In this document: positions 24,797 through 35,055 of the stretch, in pieces | How positions within the stretch are numbered: position 1 is the stretch's first letter | Layout of the letters: every line of letters starts with the position of its first letter | NCBI RefSeq assembly: GCF_018350175.1 | Contig: NC_058368.1 | Span: forward strand, 30,878,001 to 30,942,000 | Direction: 5' to 3' | DNA length: 64,000 nt | DNA from: Felis catus | Lineage: Eukaryota | The notes under the pieces: model-generated | The model's input: only the letters and a program-made list of their open reading frames with translations | What the model was told of the DNA's origin: nothing | The model's database searches: none | Position numbers and translations under genes: made by a program

Positions 24797-25011
24797 GGGT
24801 GCCTGGGTGGCTGAGTCGGTTAAGCCTCCGACTTTGGCTCAGGTCATAATCTCACATTTTGTGAGTTCAAGCCCTGCGTTGGGCTCTGTGCTGACAGCTC
24901 AGAGCCTGGAGCCTGCTTCAGATTTTGTGTCTGCCTCTCTCTCTGCCCCTCCCCAACTCATGCTGTGTCTCTCTCAACAATAAATAAACATTTAAAAAAA
25001 TAAAAAATAAA
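24797..25011 (+). mobile_element. Can-SINE
   Basis: gggtgcctgggtggctgagtcgg head; TSD taaaaccatg(g/a)gaaatca at 24779-24796 and 25012-25029. Confidence 0.97.
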
Positions 25012-26293
25012 TAAAACCATGAGAAATCACATGCCGCTGACCAGTTATAGTTCACTGTATACCTCCTGATTGTGTTTTCTCTCGTGGGGAGATGATTATT
25101 TTATATGCATATGAATGCTTATTCTTATTTTAGAAAAGGATTTTTACCCACACAAGGATAAAGAAGGGAAACACAGCCACAAAAGAAAAGAAATGAAGCA
25201 TATTCCACATCTTAACATAAATGCTGATGTAAAAATGATATATTCACATTTCTAATGACAGATTCTCCCATTAATAGGTTGGAACAAGTATTAGCTGATC
25301 GTGTAGTACTTCTCTTTGGTGTCTTGATGAAGGTTGACATTTTTGACATTAAGGGTTAATTAGTTGCCACTCAGAATGAGGTCACAAATGGCTAATTGCA
25401 CCTTCAGCTGGGTAATTACTGTCATGTATCAAATTCTCATTCCATGTAATTATACAGGAATCAGGTGCTCTGACTGCTCACCTAGGGATACGTTTGCCTT
25501 CCAAGTCCTCTCTGTGGGAATTCCAAAGTTTTACATAGAAGGTGAATTCACTTGCAATTTGACCTGATGACTAATTTGATATGTGGAAGATTCCAGGCCA
25601 CCCTTTAAAATCGTGGTCCTAAGGATGTCATCTAGTTACGCTTTAATGTTTTTGGCTTCTCTGATTCTGTAATTTTGCTGCTGTCAGCTCCGATATTCCT
25701 GCTCACAAGTTAGATATTCATTAAATTCATCTGCGCTATTCCAAACCTTCATCTTCTTTCCCCAAAATAACTGCCGAAGCTTAGCTTATCATCAACATTT
25801 ACACAAAATGGCTGGATGTCTCTTAAAGAATCAGAGGCAGGGCGCAGGTATGTGAAATAAAGATTTGTCCTGCAGTGATTCTATATGCCATGGGACTGGC
25901 CAGTGCCTTGATCTTGCACCATAGCTCAGATGAAAATGAACGAGCTCAGGCATTTTATGAGGAAGAGGACATAATACTTCTAAATTTATGCCTTTCCTCA
26001 CATCACTGGAATATGCTCCCGGGGTAGACCGGAGAACACATTTTCCTGGCTCTCAAAGGACATGCTATAGGTGATTAATTTAGCTGTTTCTGTAATCTCT
26101 AATCTGATGCAGCAGTCAATATTAATAGTTATAAGCATTAGGTTCTGCACTAATAGGCGTTACTCCCTCATTAACCAGGCAGTTTAAATATCTCACGGGA
26201 CAACTGAAACTTGAAGTTTATAGGTAGGCCAATCAGCACCCTTTCTCTGGCTTGAAGAGGAAAAAAATGTCGGTTCAGTTAGAGAGAAAGTGA

Positions 26294-26294
<1 letters not shown>

Positions 26295-26331
<37 letters not shown>
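26295..26331. repeat. (TG)n microsatellite
   Basis: Directly visible. Confidence 0.98.
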
Positions 26332-26334
<3 letters not shown>

Positions 26335-26977
26335 TTCAGTGTGTCATATAAAGGTTTAATTTGTATTTCATAATTACAATACTTGTGACGTAGGTGTGTA
26401 CATTCACACCTTGTGCACGGGCAAGTCAACACACTTGTAGTTGCATGCACGTGACCTTTGGAATGACAACGTTTCCTCTGGGTCTAATAATGCATTTCTA
26501 AAGCAGCCCTAGGCGAGGAGAATTCCCATGGAAGGTATAGACAGTCTCATAAATGTGTTTCAAGTCTGTGTCCATTAGAGACATAAAATTATTTCATCTC
26601 CTCTCTGTAATGGACGTACAATGACTGACATCTGCATGGTTTTTGAGTTTATAAAGAGATTTGAAACCTGTTATCTCTTTTATTCCTTACTCTAAACCTG
26701 GAATGAAGGACTTTTAAAAATAATACATACTTGACATATGGGATAGAGGAAGTAGGTACAAGTTTCTTGTTTCCATATCCATGCTTTCTTCACTGTGAGA
26801 AACTAATCATATTTAGTTAGCTCTAGGATGTTTTGAAGTTCATGATCTAATGACACTTGGGTTTCCATGTGCATTTATTATGTTAAAAATATGTAATGGT
26901 GTTGTCCATTATTTTAAATTTGGTATCAGTGAAAATCATCCTGATACTAAGTAGTCAACTATAAATTGAGATCATTT

Positions 26978-29330
26978 GTTTATCTATTTATCTATCTTTA
27001 TTTTTAATTTAAATTCAAATCAACATATGGTGTAATAATGATTTCAGGAGTAGAATTTAGAAATTCATCATTCCCATATAACACCCACTGCTCATCCCAG
27101 CAAGTGCCCTCCATAATGTCCATCATCCTTTTGGCCTGTCCCCCCCTCCAACAACCCTCAGTTTGTTCTCTGTATTTAAGAATCTCTTATCTCTTATCTC
27201 CCTCTCTGTTCTTATCTTAATTTTGCTTCCCTTTCCCTATGTTCATCTGTTTTGTTTCTTAAATTCCACATATGATTGATATAATATATCTTTTTCTGAC
27301 TGACTTATTTCACTTAGCATAATATACTCTAGTTCCATCCATGTTGTTACAAATGGTAAGATTTCATTCTTTTTGATCACCGAGTAATATTCCATTGTAT
27401 ATATAAACCACATCTTCTTTATTCATTCATCAGTCAATGGACATTTGGGCTCTTTCTGTAAATTGGCTATTGTTGATAATGCTGCTGTAAACATTGGGGT
27501 GCATCTGCCCCTTCAAATCAGCATTTTGGATCTTTTGGATAAATACCTAGTAGTGCAATTGCTGGGTCTTAGGGTAGTTTTATTTTTAATATTTTGAGGA
27601 ACCTCCATACTGTTTTCCAGAGTGGCTGTACCAGTTTTCATTCCCACTGCGGTGCAAGAGGGCTCCCCTTTCTCCACATCCTTGCCAACATCTGTTGTTA
27701 CCTGAGTTGTTAATTGTAGCCATTCTGGCAGGTGTGAGGTGGTAGCTCATTCTAGTTTTGATTTGTATTTCCCTGATGATGAGTGATGTTGAGCATATTT
27801 TTATGTATCTGGTAGCCATCTGGATGTCTTCTTTGGAAGTGTCTATTCATGTCTTCTGCCAATTTCTTCACTGGATTATTTATTTATTGGGTGTGGAGTT
27901 GATAAGTTCTTTATACATTTTGGATACTAGCCCTTTATCGGATATATCATTTGCAAATAATCTTCTTCCATTCTGTCAGCTGCCTTTTAGTTTTGCTGAT
28001 TCTTTCCTTTGCTATGCATAAGCTTTTTATCTTAATGAGGTTCCAGCAGTTCATTTTTGCTTTTGTTTGCCTTGCCTCTGGAGACCTGTCAAGTAAGAAG
28101 TTGCTGTGGCTAAGGTCAAAGAGGTTGTTTCCTATTTTCTCCTGTAGGATTTTGATGGCTTCCTGTCTTACAGTTAGGTCTTTCATCCATTTGGAGTTTA
28201 TTTTTATGTATGGTATAAGAAAGTGGTCCAATTTGGGGGCACCTGGGTGGCTCAGTCGGTTGAGTGTCTGACTTTGGCTCAGGTCATGATCTCACTGTTC
28301 TGGGTTTGTGCCCCAGATTCTGTGTCTCATTCTCTCTCTGCCCCTCCCCAACTTGTTCTCTGTCTCCCTCTGTCTCTCAAAAATAAATAAATGTAAAAAC
28401 AAATTAAAAAAAAAAGAAAGTGGTCCAATTTCATTCTTTGGCATGGTCTGTCCAGGTTTTCCAACATCATTTGCTGAAGAGACAGTCTCTTTTCCATTGG
28501 ATATTCTTTGCTGCTTTGTCAAACATTAATTGGTCATATGTTTGTGGGTCCATTTCTGGGTTCTCACTTCTGTTCCATTGATCTGAGTATCTCTTTTTGT
28601 GCCATTACCATACTGTCTTGGTGATTACAGCTTTGTAATATAGCTTGATGTCCAGAAATGTGATGCTTCCAACTTTGGTTTTCATTTTCAAATTACTTTG
28701 GCCATTCAGGAACTTTTCTGGTTCCATACAAATTTTAGAATTGTTCTATCTCGGTAAAGAATGCTGGTGTTATTTTGATAGGAATTGCCATGTATGTGTA
28801 GTTTGTTTTGGGTAGTATCAACATTTAACAATATTCTTCAAATCCATGAGCATAGAATATTTTTCTACTTCTTTGTGTCTTCTTCAATTTCTTTCATAAG
28901 CTATCTATAGTTTTAGTGTACAAATCTTTTACCTCTTTGGTTCGGTTTTTCCCTAGGTATCTCATGGTTTTCGGTGCAGCTGTAAGTGGGATCTATTCCT
29001 TGGTTTCTCTTTCTGCTGCTTCATTATTGGTGTATAGAAATACAACTCATTTCTGTATGTTGATTTTCTATCCTGTGGCTTTACTGAATTCATGTATCAG
29101 TTCTAGCAGGTTTTTTTTGTGTGGAATCTTTTGCTTTTTCCACATAGAGTAACATGTCATCTACGCAAAGTGAAAGTTTGACTTCCTCCTTGCCAATTTG
29201 TATGGCTTTTATTTCTTTTGTTGTCTGATTGCTGGGACTAGGACTTCCAGTACTATGTTGAACAACATTGCTGAGAGTGGACCTCCCAATCTGTTCCTGA
29301 CCCTAAGGGTAAAGCTCTTAGTTTTTTCCC
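26978..29330 (-). mobile_element. 5'-truncated carnivore LINE-1 (3' UTR plus C-terminal ORF2, frameshifted)
   Basis: Minus-strand ORFs 27586-27819 ([28 protein letters not shown]) and 27947-28231 (PYIKINSKWMKDL) are L1 ORF2-like; TSD attgagatcattt at 26965-26977 and 29331-29343. Confidence 0.95.
28235..28413 (+). mobile_element. Can-SINE (internally deleted) nested in L1
   Basis: Perfect TSD aagaaagtggtccaattt at 28217-28234 and 28414-28431. Confidence 0.97.
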
Positions 29331-29559
29331 ATTGAGATCATTTTTAGATTATGTTCTTTTTCTTATCAAACACATAAACAATTATGTATATTCTCCAGGT
29401 AACACTCTTGGACTTTAACGAATGGGAACATGGCCAAAAGTACCATGGAACTGTGGGTCTTGAGGACAAACACCACATAACTAACATCCAACTTGAAGTG
29501 AAATCCCTGATCAACATCTCCTCAAAGCCAGTGGTATCATTAAATTCCCAGCACATGGG

Positions 29560-29935
29560 AATGGAAACTTTGAAGTTATTTTTAACACTTTCCGAGGTTT
29601 ACATTTTAGGAGACACTGACATTAAATAACAAGTTATCCAATTAATAAGTACGATTCCATTATGCACTCTGAAGGAGAGATAAGTAGTAATGAGAGATCA
29701 CACAGAAGAGACAAGAGATTGGCCTAAGAAGCTTTCACTAAGGAAAAGTCATCTCATCTGAAATCTGAAGTACAGCTAGAAAAAGTTAGATGAATGTGGG
29801 AGTGAACATTCAAGGGTAAGGAAATAGCAGATGCAAAAAGCCTGCCTTAGGATAAAGCATAGGGGAGACTTGAAAAAGCTAATATGGCAGGAGTACAGAG
29901 TCTGGGAAAAGGCAGCCACAGATAGAGCAGGTAGA
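29560..29935 (-). mobile_element. L2 LINE fragment
   Basis: gaagctttcactaaggaaaagtcatctcatctgaaatctgaag...gaacattcaagggtaaggaaatagcagatgcaaaaagcc. Confidence 0.65.
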
Positions 29936-30210
29936 TTAACAGGAAACAGAGCCTATATGTTTTAGGGATGACTTAACTAATTTCTGTAAGTAAAGTTTGG
30001 CAATTTTGATAAGCATGATGGTAAATCTATAGCTCATTTTGGGAAGTATTACTGTCTTAATATTGAGTTTTTCCATTGATGAGCATGGGATTTGGGACCA
30101 TTTGTTTAGACATTCCATTTTCTCTCAATATTTTATATCATTCAGCATATAGGCCTTTAAAAAATGCATCTGCAGATTGTTATATCAACTTTAAAATAAT
30201 TTTTGGTCTT

Positions 30211-30463
30211 GGGGCTTCTGGGTGGCTCCATCAGTTGAGCAACCACTTCTTGGTTTTGGCCTAGATCAAGATATCGTGGTTTGTGGGTTCAAGCCCCATG
30301 TAATGAGAGATCACATGCTCTGTGATCTTCAAGCTCTGTGTTGACAGTGTGCAGCCTGCTTGGGATCCTCTGTCTCCCTCTGTCGAAGCCCATCCCCTGC
30401 TCGTGCATGCATGCTTGCTCTCCCCCCACCCCGCCCCAAATAAATAAATAAACATTAAAAAAA
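30211..30463 (+). mobile_element. Can-SINE with non-consensus ~30-nt internal insertion
   Basis: ggggcttctgggtggctcc head, A tail; degenerate TSD atttttggtct / tttttggtgt. Confidence 0.9.
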
Positions 30464-30464
30464 G

Positions 30465-30965
30465 ATTTTTTGGTGTTTATTGAGGTATAATTGAAAAATT
30501 GTAAGATATTTAAAGTGTACAATGGTGTAATTTGATATATGTATACATTGTAAAGGGATTCCCCCCCTCAGGTTAATGAACACCTCCATTGTTTCACATA
30601 TTTATCTTTTTGTCCCTTGCTGAAAAAAATTAAGTTCTACTTTCTTAGACTATTTCAATGGTACAACACAGTGTTGTCAGCTCTAGTCACCAGGCTGTAT
30701 GTTAGATCTCAAACCTTTATCATCTTGTAACCGAAAGTTTGTACTCCCTACCGACCTCTTCCCCTTTTCCCCAGCCCTCAGTTGCTGACAACCACTTTTC
30801 TACTGTTCGCGAGCGGGTATTTTCTCATTCATCTGGTGTTTAGGAGTCACTCAGCTAGTTTCTGGATCTCTTTCAGAGGGAATTGCTCTGTGTGTAGCCA
30901 TACATTTATAGTGTCTGTGGGAGAAGGAGAGCTCAGATTTTTCCTAAGTCATCATCTTGGCTAAC
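30465..30965 (-). mobile_element. Short L1 piece: 3' end (~30465-30805) joined to an L1 5'-end-like segment (~30815-30965)
   Basis: tttattgaggtataattg...aagtgtacaatgg (3' end); ggagtcactcagctagtttctggatctctttcagagggaattg...catcttgg (5' end complement). Confidence 0.65.
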
Positions 30966-31179
30966 TCTTTAAATACTGTACCAGTCAGGGGCCTGACAGG
31001 AGACCAATGATGGCATGCCAACTTTGTACTCCCAGAATAAATCTTACTTGGTCATGATATTTAATCCTTTCCATATGTTGTTGAATTTGATTTAATAATA
31101 TTTTGTTAAGGATACATGTTCATGATGGATATTGGTCTGTAGATTTCATTTTTATTGGCATCTTTAGCTTTGCATTGGA

Positions 31180-31762
31180 GTATTTTAGTTTTCTATCACT
31201 ACCATAGTAAATGACAACAAATGTAGTGGCTTGATACCATATACATTTACTGTCTCATTTTCATGGGTTATGGGACCAGTTACCTGAATCCTCTATTCAG
31301 GCCTCATAAGCTGAAATCAAGATGTCTGTTGGTAGTACGGTTCCTTTGTGAGGCTTGGGTCCTCTTCCTAACTCTCATTTTGTTGGTAGAACTCACTCCT
31401 TTGCTATGTTGCAATACTGAACTCCCTACTGTCTTGCTGGCTGTCAGCTGAGGGTGAATCTCAACAAAGCATCTGCCCTTTTCATCTGCACTTTGTAGCA
31501 TAGCTGTTTGCTTTCTTCTTTATGGTCAACGGGAGCCATTGCTTTGAGTTATTCTTCTACTAGCTGGAAAAAAGTGCTTTGGGAGGGTTCACGTGAACAG
31601 ATCCAGCCCACCTGGATATTCTCAGTATTTTAAGGTCAGCTGACTTGGGACATGCATTCCATTTTTAAAATTATCTCATTTCTAGCACTTAAGTTATAAG
31701 TTGACATAATAGAGTGGGGAATTTGGGGAGAGGGACCATCGTTACAATTCTGCCTATCACAC
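31180..31762 (-). mobile_element. MaLR LTR (MLT1E/F-like)
   Basis: ttagttttctatcactaccatagtaaatgacaacaaatgtagtggcttg...ctgaaatcaagatgtc...acaattctgcctatcaca. Confidence 0.7.
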
Positions 31763-31769
31763 AGCAAGT

Positions 31770-32100
31770 GTCTTGGTCTATTTGGACTATTAGAATACCA
31801 TAGACTGGATTAGAAACACCAAACACTTATTTCTCACAATTCTGGAGGCTGCCGAGTCTTGTTGTCTAGGTACCAGTAGATTTGAACTTCCTGGTTCATA
31901 GATAACTGTCTTCTCAGTGTGTTCTCATGCGGTAGAAGCAGCAAAAGAGCTCTCTGGGGTCTCTTTTATAAGGCCATTAATCCCATTTCTAAGGGTTTTA
32001 CTCTTACAATCCATTTACCTCCCAAAGGTACCACTTCCTAATACCATCATATATATTGGCGATTAGGTTTCAACATACAGATTTTGGGGGGACACATTTA
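31770..32100 (-). mobile_element. MaLR LTR (MLT1A-like)
   Basis: tgtcttggtctatttggact...aataccatagactgg...ttatttctcacaattctggaggct...tctctggggtctcttttataagg...ttggggggacacatt. Confidence 0.85.
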
Positions 32101-32987
32101 AGAAGTGTTCCTTCTCCTGTATTTTCTGAAAACTTTTGTGTAAGATTGGTATTATATCTTCTTGAAATAATACTTCTTAAAATATTATTTTCTCTTGAAA
32201 TATTATATCTTCTTGAAATAGAATTCACCAGCAAAATTATGTGACCTGAGCTGTTCTTTCCAGCAAGTTTTACAATCACCAGTGCTATTTCTTTACTTAC
32301 AGTAGGTCTATTAAGATTTTCTGTTTTTTCTTGGGTTAGTTTTGGAAGTTTGTGTGTCTCTAGGCAATTGTTCATCTATGTTTTCTAAGTTTTTGGTGCA
32401 ATATTGTATATAATATTCCCTTAAAATTTTAATTTTTCAACGTTGCTAATGGTGCTCTCTTTTTCATACTGGCCTTGGAAATTTTTGTCTTTTTTAAAAT
32501 CTTTTAAGTTTGTCAAGCAAATTTTTTTTTTATCAGTTCTGCTGATTCTTCTCAACCAAATCTTGATTTAATTTTCTCTTTTTTATATTTTCTATTTCCT
32601 TGATTTCTACTATGATCTTAATGTTTTCTCCTTTCTGTTTGCTTTGGGTTTAATTTGGTCTTTCTAGTTTAAGATAAAAGCTTAGCTATTGACTTGAGAA
32701 TATATAGGTGTATAATGCTCTGATTTCCATTTTAAGTCATATTTTACCCGCATTCCTTCAAGTATGTTGTATTTTTATTTTTTATTTTGTTTCTAATTTG
32801 TGAGGCTATCCATTAGAATAGTCCATGTGTACTTTAATGAATGTGTATTCTATGGTCAGTGGGTGGAATGTTTTTTAGATGTCAGATCAAGTTAGTTAAT
32901 AGTGTTGATGAAATCTTTATCCTTACTGATGTACTGGGTTGTTCTTCTTTCATTATTGAGAAGGTGATATTAAAATCTCCAAATATA

Positions 32988-33207
32988 GGGGCACCTGGGT
33001 GGCTCACTTGGTTAAGCGTCCGACTTCGGTTCAGGTCATGGTCTCATGGTTCATGTATTCAAGCCCCACTTTGGGCTCTGTGCTGAAAGCTCAGAGACTG
33101 GAGCCTGTTTCATATTCTTTGTTTCCCGCTCTCTCTGCCTCTCCCCCACCTGCACTCTGTCTCTCTCTCTCTCTCAAAAATAAACCAACATTAAAAATTT
33201 TTTTTCG
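32988..33207 (+). mobile_element. Can-SINE nested in old L1
   Basis: TSD atctccaaatata at 32975-32987 and 33208-33220. Confidence 0.97.
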
Positions 33208-33281
33208 ATCTCCAAATATATTTTTTCTCTTTTCAGTTCTGTCATTTTTTGCCTCATGTATTTTGGTACATTTTTGTTAGG

Positions 33282-33330
<49 letters not shown>
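33282..33330. repeat. (TA)n microsatellite
   Basis: Directly visible. Confidence 0.98.
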
Positions 33331-33333
<3 letters not shown>

Positions 33334-34393
33334 TATAATTGTTATATTATCGATCCTCTTCCTCTGGGTTCTTCAAATTGGATAATTTGTAATACTCTAT
33401 CTTCCAGTTTACTCATTTTTTTTCCTTCTGTCCACTCAATTTTCTGTTCAGCTCATCTGTTGTATTTTCCATTTTGGTTATTTTAGTTTTCAACTTTAGA
33501 AATTCCATTTGCTTTCTTTTTATGGTTACTATTTCTTTGTTAAAATTCCATATTTTTTGTGAATTTAGTCATATTTTTAAATACTTCATACACGATTTCT
33601 TTTAATTCTTTGACCATAACTATAGCTGATTTGAAGTCATTGTTTACTAAACCCCAAATCTGGCCCCACTTAGAGTCAGTTTGCTTTTACTATTCTGTGG
33701 ATGGGTCACACCTCTCTGGGCTTTTACACTCTCATGACTTCTTTTTTGGCTAAGTGAATCTTTAGGTATTATAAAGTAGAAGCTCTACATTCCAATATTT
33801 TTTTCCCTGAATTTGTTAGAAAAAAAAAAGTGTTTGTATTTAATTTGCAAATTCTTTCCTCCTGTGATGTACAGCCGTTGATGTCTCTTATCTGTACTTT
33901 TTTTAGTCTTATTTTTAAACACGAATTCCTAGGGATTGCTTCTGTCTATGCCTAGCTTAGTGTTTAGCCAATGATTGGGCAGAATAATAACTTCAGTCTT
34001 GTAAGACTTTGACTCTCTAACTATAGATCAGTGTGTGGGTTGAGGAGTGCATTTAAAGTTCAGGCAATTTTAATGCCTGCCTTAGGTTTCACTTTGTGCT
34101 GGGTCTCTTGGTTCTTCTCAGGGCCTACCTGTCATTTATTCGTTATCTGTGTATAGGTAAGAGCTTATCTAGCTCTTCTTTGGATCTCTTATTAAGTGGC
34201 GATCTTTTAATTTCTGGGCTATCTATCATGCATCTCCACTGGAACCTCTTATGTGTTTCCTACCGGGCTTGCTACTTTTACTAACAATGCTGCTGGCTGT
34301 GGATTTTGTTCTTTGCTTCATGTCGGCTCACCCTCCTCTGGTAGCAAAGCTGCTGATTTTCAAAGTTAGCCCCACTTGGATAAATCTACTCTT

Positions 34394-35055
34394 GCTGTTA
34401 AAAAGAAACAAAGCCTGATAAATCTACTGTGCTGTTAGAAACAAAGCCAGATCCTAGTTACAGTGTATAAAGACCGATTTCATTCAAATTCTACTATGGT
34501 CGGGGAAAGAGACTTCAGTATAGAAATGAGATCAATTCCACCAGAATGAAAAAGCAGCAGATCTTTTAAACATCAGATTGTGCTAAAGGAGAAGAAGTGA
34601 AGAGCTTTAAGGGTTACGGTGGATATTGGTCCACATGATTAAGCCATCTGGGTTCGTTAATTGGCACCGTGCAGAGGAGAAACAAATTTCTTGTATCTTT
34701 ATGACAGGAGGCAGTTGTGCAAGTTGGAGCAAGACACCTACAGAAGTTAGGCACTTACGCCCCTACAGGGATTAGGAGGGAAGAGAACAAGAGTTATCTT
34801 TACGGATGTTTGCGTTTTGATGAGATAGCCCCTTGGTCCATAAGAGGATTTGGGATGGTGGAAGATTCACATCTCAAAGAGGGAGGCAGAGACTTAGAAT
34901 TGCAAACTTTCTCAGGCAGGCATTTTAAGTAAAACTGTGGTCATCCTAGGAGCATGGCCCTAAGCTACTAGAGGTCATGGTGGAGTCTGGTCCATATTCT
35001 CAGTGCAGGGATTTGGTTAGGGTTGTTTTTTTGCCGAGTATTTTGCAATTCTTGG
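34394..35055 (-). mobile_element. ERV1-class solo LTR (MER34/MER39-like), related to the one at 12071-12616
   Basis: ggggaaagagacttcagtatagaaatgagatcaattcc; atgacaggaggcagttgtgcaagttggagc is the reverse complement counterpart of ctccaggttgtaaaactacctcctgtc at ~12410-12435. Confidence 0.75.

Noticed and set aside
32150..32222. Short direct repeats tattatatcttcttgaaata
   Set aside because: Local slippage duplication inside a dead L1; similar trivial duplications at ~24598-24630, ~49228-49259 and ~63533-63585
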